From contig NW_025963791.1 of the NCBI RefSeq assembly GCF_023055435.1, positions 8,370,001 to 8,434,000 of the forward strand: DNA of 64,000 nucleotides, in the 5' to 3' direction. Of this stretch, positions 11,107 through 22,453 are shown piece after piece. The notes under the pieces are model-generated. The model worked only from the letters and a program-made list of their open reading frames with translations. It was not told the DNA's origin and searched no databases. The position numbers were made by a program, and so were the translations under genes. Origin of the DNA: Haliotis rufescens. Taxonomy: Eukaryota. Numbering within the stretch: the first letter of the stretch is position 1; each line of letters starts with the position of its first letter.

Positions 11107-14100
11107 TTGCGACGTCTAGTCGGTAGATTTCGCTGTCGTTCGGAAGAGGTCGGTAGATTTCGTTGTGAGTGTGTTCCGATTGCTACACATCAGCCGAAAA
11201 ATACCATCATGAGAAGCTCTTTGTACTTTGGTATAATATCGTTACTTTCTTCAAAACAAGCATCATATCATGGGCTAATATTAAGAAGATAACTAAAAAT
11301 CTTAATTCAGAAACAGTAAAAGGTATTGTCTATTTGTCCATGTTTTTTCTCAAATGAATTTCGTTTTCGGAAAGGGTTTATTTTTATATTGTGAGCTATG
11401 TGATAATGTCATCAGTGTTGGAAAGCAACAGGGATATAATTTGGTCAGCACCAAATTGAAATGTTTCAAATATATGATTGGCCGTTGAAAAGAACATTCT
11501 ATGTTACAGGTAAAATGAGTGAGTTAGATAGTTTTAACGCCACCTTCAACAATATTTCAGTTAAATAACAGCATGTCTATGAATGTTTATTCCCAAAGTT
11601 TGGAAATTTTCCTTTTTTGACGACACTGTCTCGTAGTTCATGATTATAGGAAATGGACCAGTTGTCTAGGGCGCGGCAAGACGCTGTATAGACATGCGTC
11701 CTTCTTAGGCGTACAGACTACTCTGGTCGTTAGTTCTTGGTTTGTCAGCACCATACAATAGACTGGAGGATTCCACTTTGCTTATGTAAAATGTAAATAA
11801 TGTCCCAAATTACCACAAAGAAATTGCAACAAAAATTGAAACATTGTTCCTAAATAATATACTAGAGGGGGGTTATATGCTTTCGGAACACACAGGGGCG
11901 AGGACAAATTATATATCACAGGATATTTGTTTTTAATTCATATTTTGCATCTACACGAGAAGAAGTTTCCTCTCAATTGATGTAACTTTGTTCTGATGGT
12001 TATAGTTGTAATTTCAACATTTTGAATTATATATTAGTAAATTAGGAAACGGTCTAGGGGAGAAACACCCGTTAGCCTTTGCCGATGAGAGTGACTTCCC
12101 TTGTGTTGAATAAAAGATGGCGTAGAACAACGAAGCTCGTCTTGAGGTATACTTCTATTTGGGTAATTGGAATAGTTCCAAATTCGTCGAAGCTTTTTGA
12201 AAAAAAGAGCCGACATTCACTTCATTCATAGATTCATTCTACGACAAAGCTTAACTGTTGGCAGTGAAACAGCTGTTTGTCTATATATTTACATCCTTAG
12301 ACGGACATCCGATAACCGATAACTTGATAATGATGACTGAAAATTATAAGATACTAAGAACATTTGATGTATTTGGTACATTGGAAAATTTATTATCTAG
12401 TGCTACTGGAAATACGTTTATCCATCATAAATGATGTGCATATATATCCTTCTGTTGGAATATGTTGACCATTATCTACTTTTCGAATGAATTTAATTAG
12501 CACACAGTTTGTAATGTTTCCAATGAACAATACAACCTGGATCTTGAGCTCTTAAAGAGACGCTTGTGGGGTACGGGTGGCCGATTGTGTAAGGCGTTGC
12601 AATTCGCTATCCACTCGTGTTGGAATCCGATTATCGTGGGTTCGAATCACAGGTTCATAGTCGTACTCGTGGGTTTCACCAAAGTGACAAATTTCTAAGA
12701 CCTGCATCACTTTGGGCGTTTCTCCCACAAAATACTGACAGGCGGTGACATAACTGAAATGCTGTTCGAAGCGGCGTTGAGCCCAACTCTACAGTATGAT
12801 GTGTCTGTCGGTCACAATGTCTCAGATTGTTGAATACATATTATTGAACTTTTATAGTGAATGAGATTTTTGTCTGCGAATGTCAGAGGAATAAACTTGA
12901 ATGACACACGAGTACATTGACCTAAACAATGTGGATATCAATTCACCCAATGAGAATTATGTTTTTCCACAATATTGTCAGATCCTCCTGTACATAAGCC
13001 CAGGGCCTCGTTTCACAAAGCGATCTTAGCACTAGGACTACCGTAACTCCCTTACTTTAACATGGACTTACGATATTCGTAGCATTAATATCGCTTTGTG
13101 GGACGAGGCCCAGGCCACATTTTCTAAACGATGCCTTTCCCTAGTTTCCTTGTCCTATTCTCCCTATTATGTCCGATGTAATTCCCTACTTTGGCATGTA
13201 CCATATGTTCCTGTGGTCTTTCAGGCGAATACTTGACTTGCCTTTCCATTTGTTTGTGACAAGTGCCACCGGTGGGGTAGGATAGGCTCACCTTTTCGCG
13301 AACACCTGGTGTCACCTCTATTTGATAGTACATGTAATTCACAATCAGGTTAAAGATAGAGTCGGAATCGTACAATAGACTCGGCTTTCAGCAGACATTT
13401 CTTATGATTATGGAAATGATTTTGTATCTTTATTTACGATAGATATTGTTGATGTTTAGCGAAACAATCAGTTCAACTGTTACCAAGGCGACTACTTAAG
13501 GGACCCGTGAAGATCCGGGTTAGAAAAGGTCTTCAGCATCCCATGCTTGCCTTAAAAAGCGACTATGTTTGTCGTAAGAGGCGACAAACGGGATCAGGCG
13601 ATCAAGCTCACTGACTTGGTTGATGCATGGCATCGAATCCCATTTGCGTGGATCGATGCTCATGATCAATCACTGGACTGACTGGTCCAGACTCGATTAT
13701 TTACAGACCGCCGTCATATAGCTGGAATATTGCCGAGTGCGGCGTAAAACAACAAACAAACATAATAGTACTTAAGGGTATGTACCTCACCGATCACACA
13801 GTTCTTTGATTATCTAATCATGTTGAATAAAAAATTGATAAAAGAATATGTTGTATTCTGGCAATGAATTGATTAGGTTTAACTGAGCTGGTTAAAGCGT
13901 TAGCTCTTAATGCTAAAACCAAGAGTTCGATCCCTAATAACTACAATACGCGAAGTCTATTATCGATGGCCCCGATATTGCTTGAACATTGCTAAAATGA
14001 AGCAATGTCACACTCAACCCATGCATGGATGGATGAACGGTATGGCTTATTCGTGAAGTGTGATGATACTGATGCCTTACATATTAATGTTGATAGATAT

Positions 14101-14425
14101 CTTGTGTCTATGTTTCCCCGTGGGGATTCCGGGTTAGAAAATGTCCCAGCAACCTGTGCTGGTCGTAAGAGGCGACAAACTGATCAGGTGGTCAGACTCA
14201 GTCACATGGTTGATTGTGTGTCATCGTATCATAAGGCTTACAATTTCAATCACTGACTTTACAGGCCGTCGTCATATAGCTGGACTTTTGCTTAGTGCAG
14301 CGTTAAACAACAAACAAACATAAATTGCAGCTATTGAACACAGACAGTTGTAAACAAATAACAAAGACATTGCTTTTAAACTATAACAGTTGTTATTTGA
14401 TCAGCAAAATGAACATTAAATAACA

Positions 14426-15246
14426 TTAACATTTGTTTCTTCTAAACAGTTTGGTAAAACGACGAAAGAAAGATTTTGACTTTTGTACATTTTGTTTCTG
14501 ATTAGAAGTTTCTATTGAATTGGTTGTGCTTGGTGACATATGTTCCCTTGGTGACAGACTACTTTGAGAGAGCTCAGGATGTCTTGTTGACCTTTTGTCC
14601 TGTTCACGAGGTATGTCATTCTTTGATTGGACAATGTGGTCAAAACACGTGGTCTGTGTAGCTCCTGATCTCTGAACAAGTCCAACACCCTCTCCCTCTC
14701 CTGAATGTACACACAGTCTTTCAACACTCAACATGTCCACCTCCTTCACCAAGCGATCCACTTGCTCCCTGAGGGAGACTTTCTCCTCCGAGAGTTGTCT
14801 GGCTTGTCTCCGAAGATGTTGGTTCTTCAGTTTCAGACATTGGGAACGGAGTCGTGCATCTCGTAGGTCAGCCCGGAGAATGTCCACCTCAACCAGAACA
14901 GCCGTCAGCTGCACGTGGAGGTCGAGCTCTTTGCCAAGTTGTTTGTTCTTTTTACTACAGTCCCATTGGAATGGTGGCTCGGGACGAATAGGTCTTGGTT
15001 TTATTGTGACGTGTTTGAGAACCAAATCGTGGAACTCTGAAAACGCAATAATCGAATTCAGTATAATCAACTCTATGGTAAGTCTAAAACATCAGCACAT
15101 ATACATTTACCGTGTTAAATAGATAAACTGGCAGAGAAATTACAGTTAATACAGACTTTTTCAACGAAGTTGCAGGGATATGATCGTTGAAAGCACCCAC
15201 GGCATACACACAGACAGACAGACATAGACAAATAGACAGACAGACA

Positions 15247-15296
<50 letters not shown>

Positions 15297-15697
15297 TCGG
15301 TTCTGTACGTGCAAAACACTCCGCCACCTCGGAATCAAACCCCTCACACTCGGACACGGTCAGACGCTTTGCGACTGGTCTTGGTTTTATTGTGACGTGT
15401 TTGGGAACCGAATCACGAAACTCTGAAATAAAAATAACCAGATTTAGTATTGAATCAATCAAACTGCCAGGTGTGAAAGTAATACCGGGTATATATCTAC
15501 GTATAAAATTAAGGAAGTGGCAGAAATACAGTGGTTGAATCTGAAACACTTTTCAATTGAAACAGAAGTTGTAGAGTTGAACTCTGTTATTATATATAAC
15601 GGCACACACCTGTCGGTTCTGTACCTGAAAAACACTCCGCCACCTCGGAATCAAAGCCCTCACACTCGGACACAGTCAGACGTCTTGTGGCTGGCAT
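14426..15697 (-). CDS. Orphan coiled-coil protein, amplicon copy C (exons 15697-15610, 15422-15294, 15036-14426)
   Basis: Same exon lengths and splice sites, open frame; closest to copy B. Confidence 0.75.
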
Positions 15698-15776
15698 AAT
15701 GCTTCGATAATCTCGATAAAATAAGAGCGTACTGCAGTTCTGCTGTAGATAGCTGAAGGTATGTCAGACAATGGCG

Positions 15777-15805
15777 TGACGTCACAATATCAGCTAATGA
15801 CGTCA
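15777..15805. promoter_or_regulatory. Double CRE upstream of copy C
   Basis: TGACGTCA at 15777-15784 and 15798-15805. Confidence 0.65.
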
Positions 15806-18800
15806 TTGTGACGTCTAGTCGGTAGATTTCGCTGTCGTCCGTTCGGCGGAAGTACCTTCGGAAGAGGTCGGTAGATTTCGTTGTGAGTGTGTTCCGATTG
15901 CTACACATCAGCCGAAACATACCATCATGAAATGCTCTTTGTACTTTGGTAAAAAATCGTTACTTTCTTCAAAACAAGCATCATATCATGGGCTAATATT
16001 AAGAAGATAATTAACAATCTTAATTCAGAAACAGTAAAAGGTATTGTCTATATTTCCATGTTTTTTCTCAAATGATTTTCGTTTTCGGAAAGGGTTTATT
16101 TTTATATTGTGAGCTATGTGATAATGTCATCAGTGTTGGAAAGCAACAGGGATATAATTTGGTCAGCACCAAATTGAAATGTTTCAAATATATGATTGGC
16201 CGTTGAAAAGAACATTCTGTGTTACAGGTAAAATGAGTGAGGGAGATAGTTTTAGCGCCACCTTCAACAATATTTCAGTTAAATAACAGCATGTCTATGA
16301 ATGTTTACTCCCAAAGTTTGGAAATTTTCCTTTTTTGACGACACTGTCTCGTAGTTCATGATTATAGGAAATGGACCAGTTGTCAAGGGCGCGGCAAGAC
16401 GCTGTATAGACATGCGTCCTTCTTAGGCGTACAGACTACTCTGGTCGTTAGTTCTTGGTTTGTCAGCACCATACAATAGACTGGAGGATTCCACTTTGCT
16501 TATGTAAAATGTAAATAATGTCCCAAATTACCACAAAGAAATTGCAACAGAAATTGAAACATTGTTCCTAAATAATATACTAGACGGGGGTTATATGCTT
16601 TCAGAACACACAGGGGCGAGGACAAATTATATATCACAGGATATTTGTTTTTAATTCATATTTTGCATCTACACGAGAAGAGGTTTACTTTCAATTGATG
16701 TAACTTTGTTCTGATGGTTATAGTTGTAATTTCAACATTTTGAATTATATATTAGTAAATTAGGAAACGGTCTAGGGGAGAAACACCCGTTAGCCTTTGC
16801 AGACGAGAGTGACTTCCTTTGGGTTGAAATAAAAGATGGCGTTGAACAACGAAGCTCGTCTTGAGGTATACTTCTATTTCGGTAATTGGATTAGCTCCAA
16901 ATTCGTCGAAGCTTTTTGAAAAAAAGAGCCGACATTCACTTCATTCATAGATTCATTCTACGACAAAGCTTAACTGTTGGCAGTGAAACAGCTGTTTGTC
17001 TATATATTTACATCCTTAGACGGACATCCGATAACCGATAACTTGATAATGATGACTGAAAATTATAAGATACTAAGAACATTTGATGTAGTTGGTACAT
17101 TGGAAAAATTATTATCTAGTGCTACTGGAAATACGTTTATCCATCATAAATGATGTGCATATATATCCTTCTGTTGGAATATGTTGACCATTATCTACTT
17201 TTCGAATGAATTTAATTAGCACACAGTTTGTAATGTTTCCAATGAACAATACAACCTGGATCTTGAGCTGTTAAAGAGACGCTTGTGGGGTACGGGTGGC
17301 CGATTGTGTAAGGCGTTGCAATTCGCTATCCACTCGTGTTGGAATCCGATTATCGTGGGTTCGAATCACAGGTTCATAGTCGTGCTCGTGGGTTTCACCA
17401 AAGTGACAAATTTCTAAGACCTGCATCACTTTGGGCGTTTCTCCCACAAAATACTGGCAGGCGGTGACATAACTGAAATGCTGTTCGAAGCGGCGTTGAG
17501 CCCAACTCTACAATATTAAGTGTCTGTCGGTCACGATGTCTCAGATTGTTAAACACATTTAAGTACATTGACCTAAACAATGTGAATATCAATTCACCCA
17601 ATGAGAATTATGTTTTTCCACAATATTGTCAGATCCTCCTATACATAAGCCCAGGGCCCCGTTTCACAAAGCGATCTTTGCACTAGGACTACCGTAACTC
17701 CCTTACTTTAACATGGACTTACGATATTCGTAGCATTAATATCGCTTTGTGGGACGAGGCCCAGGCCACATTTTCTAAACGATGCCTTTCCCTAGTTTCC
17801 TTGTCCTATTCTCCCTATTATGTCCGATGTAATTCCCTACTTTGGCATGTACCATATGTTCCTGTGGTCTTTCAGGCGAAAACTTGACTTGCCTTTCCAT
17901 GTGTGCGTGACGAGTGCCACCGGTGGGGTAGGATAGGCTCACCTTTTCGCGAACACCTGGTGTCACCTCTATTTGATAGTACATGTAATTCACAAACACG
18001 TTAAAGATATAGTCTGAATCGTACAATGGACTCGTCTTTCAGCAGACATTTCTTATGATTATGGAAACAATTTTGTATCTTTATTTACGATAGATATTGT
18101 TGATGTTTAGTGAAGCAATCAGTTCAACTGTTACCAAGGCGAGTACTTCACTTGTTCAAATGAACAAATATAGTACACGTAAAAATAGGGAATAGCACAA
18201 GACAATAGGGAAAATTTAGACAATATTGGTCTGGGCCTGGTTCCCCAAAGCGATTTTTGTACTGAAATTAAAGTTACGCAGTCTTGTGTTAGGATTGCCA
18301 TGAGGAAGGCGCCCCTGGACGTCTGTAAAGGAAGATCCAACATTATTGTGGAAAAACAAAATTCTCTTCGGATTCTTCATTGTGTTTCTTTCTTGTTTAA
18401 CATTGCACTCAGCAATATTCCAGCTTTATGACGACGGTCTGTAAATAATCGAGGCTCGAACAGACAGTCCAATGATTGACAGCATGAGCATCGAGTTACG
18501 CATTTGCACACGATTACATGCATCAACCAAGTCAGCAAGCCGGACCACCCGATCAGTTAGTCGCCGTGGATCGATGAAATATTGCTGAGTTCGGCGTTAA
18601 ACAACAAACAAGCAAAGCATATTCTGACCGACAGACATATAATATTGTAGAATTGGGCGGAATGCCTTTGGAAAACCATTTCTGTAGGACATTAATATTT
18701 TGTCACTTTGGTTAAACCCGCGAGCACGAATATGAACTTGATATTGGACCCACAATCATCGAATTATGACACGCCGAGAGGACAGCGACTTTAAGCGCCC

Positions 18801-19480
18801 CAAACGACTCGGACGACCGGCCACCCGTACCCCCAAGGCTCTCTTTAAGAATTAGTTTGTTTTGTTAATTGCAAACATTGAAAACTATTAATAAACAAAG
18901 TGAGAATCCTCTGGCCTATTGTAAGGTGCTGACAAACCAAGAACCAACGTCCAGAGTATCCTAACTGCATATGCTACGTCAAAGAAGGAAGCATGTCTGC
19001 CCAGCGTCTTACTGTGTCCTAGACAACTGGGCCATCTGCTATAATCATGAACTACGAGTCGGTGTGGTCTTAAAAGGTGAAGACCAAATTATTTCCCTGT
19101 TGCTTTCCTGCGCAAGAATAGATTTACAGATATATAGACAGTTGTGAAAAGCCTAACCACTGATGACAATATCACATAGCTCACAATATAAAAATAAACC
19201 TCTTCCGAAAACGAAATTCATTTGAGAAAAAAAACATGGAAATATAGACAATACCTTTTGCGGCTTTTGAATTTAGATTGTTAATTATCTTTTTAATATT
19301 AGCCCATGATATGATGCTTGTTTTGAAGACATTATACCAAAGAACAAAGAGCATCCAATGATGGTATGTCTTGGCTGATGTTCAGCAATCGGAACACACT
19401 CACAACGAAATATATCGACCTGTTCTGAAGGTACTTCCACCGAACGGACGACAGCGAAATCCACCGACTAGACGTCGCTA

Positions 19481-19509
19481 TGACGTCATTAGGCGATATT
19501 GTGACGTCA
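19481..19509. promoter_or_regulatory. Double CRE upstream of copy D
   Basis: TGACGTCA at 19481-19488 and 19502-19509. Confidence 0.65.
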
Positions 19510-19588
19510 CGCCATTGTCTGACATAGTCTCAGCAAGCTACAGCAGCACTGCAGTACGCTCTTCATTTATCGAGATTATCGAAGAATA

Positions 19589-20822
19589 ATGCCAGCCACA
19601 AGACGTCTGACCATGTCCGAGTGTGAGGGCTTTGATTCCGAGGTGGCGGAGTGTTTTTCACGTACAGAACCGACAGGTGTGTGCCGTTATATATAATAAC
19701 AGAGTTCAACTCTACAACTTCTGTTTCAATTGAAAAGTGTTTCAGAATCAACCACTGTATTTCTGCCACTTCCTTAATTTTATACGTAGATATATACGCG
19801 GTATAACTTTCACACTTGGCAGTTTGATTGATTCAATACTAAATCTGGTTATTTTTATTTCAGAGTTTCGTGATTCGGTTCCCAAACAGGTCACAATAAA
19901 ACCAAGACCAGTCGCAAAGCGTCTGACCGTGTCCGAGTGTGAGGGGTTTGATTCCGAGGTGGCGGAGTGTTTTGCACGTACAGAACCGATAGGTGTGTGT
20001 GTGTGTGTGTCTATTTGTCTATGTCTGTCTGCCTGTGTGTATGCCGTGGGTGCTTTCAACTATCATATCCCTGCAACTTCGTTTAAAAAGTCTGTATTAA
20101 CTGTAATTTCTCTGCCAGTTTATCTATTTAACACGATAAATGTATATGTGCTGATGTTTTAGACTTACCATAGAGTTGATTATATACTAAATTCGATTAT
20201 TGCAATTTCAGAGTTCCACGATTTGGTTCCCAAACACGTCACAATAAAACCAAGACCTATTCGTCCCGAGCCACCATTCCAATGGGACTGTAGTAAAAAG
20301 GACAAACAACTTGGCAAAGAGCTCGACCTCCACATGCAGCTGACGGCTGCCCTGGTTGAGGTGGACATTCTCCGGGCTGACCTACGAGATGCACGACTCC
20401 GTTCCCAATGTCTGAAACTGAAGAACCAACATCTTCGGAGACAAGCCAGAAAACTCTCGGAGGAGAAAGTCTCCCTCAGGGAGCAAGTGGATCGCTTGGT
20501 GAAGGAGGTGGACATGTTGAGTGTTGAAAGACTGCGTGTACATTCAGGAGAGGGAGAGGGTATTGGACTTGTTCAGAGATCAGGAGCTACACAGACCACG
20601 TGCTTTGACCACATTGTCCAATCAAAGAATGACATACCTCGTGAACAAGACAAAGGGTCAACAAGACATCATGAACTCTCTCAAAGTAGTCTGTCATCAA
20701 GGGAACATATGTCCCCAAGCACAACCAATTCAATAGAAACTTGTAATCAGAAACAAAATGTACAAAAGTCAAAATCTTTCTTTCGTCGATTTACCAAACT
20801 GTTTAGAAGAAACAAATGTTAA
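19589..20822 (+). CDS. Orphan coiled-coil protein, inverted amplicon copy D (exons 19589-19676, 19864-19992, 20212-20822)
   Basis: ATG 19589; donors ACAG|gtgtgt and ATAG|gtgtgt; acceptors tttcag|; open frame ending ...KSFFRRFTKLFRRNKC*. Confidence 0.75.
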
Positions 20823-22453
20823 TGTTATTTAATGTTCATTTTGTTGATCAAATAACAACTGTTATAGTTTAAAAGCAATGTCTTTGTTATTTGTTTATAA
20901 CTGTCTGTGTTCAATAGCTGCAATTTATGTTTGTTTGTTGTTTAACGCTGCACTAAGCAAAAGTCCAGCTATATGACGACGGCCTGTAAAGTCAGTGATT
21001 GAAATTGTAAGCCTTATGATACGATGACATACATTCAACCATGTGTCCGAGTCTGACCACCTGATCAGTTTGTCGCCTCTTACGACCAGCACAGGTTGCT
21101 GGGACCTTGTCTAACCCGGAACCCCACGGGGAAACACAGACACAAGATATCTATCAACATTAATATGTAAGACATCAGTATCATCACACTTCACGAATAA
21201 GCCATACCGTTCATCCATCCATGCATGGGTTGAGTGTGACATTGCTTCATTTTAGCAGTGTTCAAGCAATATCGGGGCCATCGATAATAGACTTCGCGTA
21301 TTGTAGTTATTAGGGATCGAACTCTGGGTTTTAGCATTAAGAGCTAACGCTTTAACCAGCTCAGTTAAACCTAATCAATTCATTGCCAGAATACAACATA
21401 TTCTTTTATCATTTTTTATTCAACATGATTAGATAATCAAAGAACTGTGTGATCGGTGAGGTACATACCCTTAAGTACTATTATGTTTGTTTGTTGTTTT
21501 ACGCCGCACTCGGCAATATTCCAGCTATATGACGGCGGTCTGTAAATAATCGAGTCTGGACCAGTCAATCCAGTGATTGATCATGAGCATCGAGCTGCCG
21601 TGGCAACCATGTTGAAAACCAAATTTGAACCTCTTGAACAAATTGGGATGTCATCATTGGTGGGAATCAGTAAGTTTCAGCTTCATTGGTCCAGTGGCTT
21701 GCTGAAGAGCTGATGTTTAGGACAGATAACAGACAATCAGGCCACAACATAAGCTCACTGTACTTTTAATAATAAATAAAGTCTTGGACATTGACACATT
21801 GGTAGATCATAAATACATGAAACTTCAGGTGGATGAATATAGTGTCAAGAAGTAGTCTTGAAACATTGTTAGAAACAAGGAAGAAGTTATTATCCATGAA
21901 AGTCTTCATGCCAAAAGCAGTACTGAACATTTGTCACTCCTAAAAAATACTGACACGTGGAAAAAAGAACAGGACGAAAAAGATGGAAAACAGGTCCATT
22001 GGTTGTAATTTCCAATGTGCCAGTCACCTGTTCAACAATTTTGTGTTGCAACAGTGAACAGAATTCTGTAATCACAGTTGTATTTATTTCACAATGTCAA
22101 TAGTAACAGGACACCTCCTGAAAACAGTGAAAATGGGTTTGCTCTTTCAAAAACAATGGGCCAATGTTCATGTGCAGGTCAACATACAAACACCCTGCAC
22201 ATTATCAATCAGAAACTTCAGATTTTACAAGATCACCTAACAGCCCCAACTTTAGTGTGTTTGCTTGTGATGCCAAAGACCTGGGTTTGAATCACAACAT
22301 GGTTACAATGTGTAAAACCCATTTCCGGGTGCACCAGCCCCACCCCACCTCCCACCATGTTATTGCTGGAATATTGCTAGAAGCGGGGTAAAACCATACC
22401 CACTCGGGGACAGAAACAAGTCCCCATCTCAACACATGACAAAGCCTTCAGTT

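Larger units (their letters stand above)
1..18147. repeat. Tandem segmental duplication, ~4.7-kb unit (3 gene-bearing copies plus a gene-less partial unit at ~17030-18147)
   Basis: Landmark sequences recur at 1, ~7828, ~12468 and ~17187. Gene stop codons at 9741 and 14426 are 4685 bp apart. Copies A and B are separated by ~3.6 kb of extra DNA. Confidence 0.95.
18170..21592 (+). repeat. Inverted copy of the amplicon unit (right arm of an imperfect palindrome centred at ~17.83-18.17 kb)
   Basis: Reverse complement of ~13650-17830. The proximal ~700 bp is strongly diverged; the distal part is near-identical to the other copies. Confidence 0.9.
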
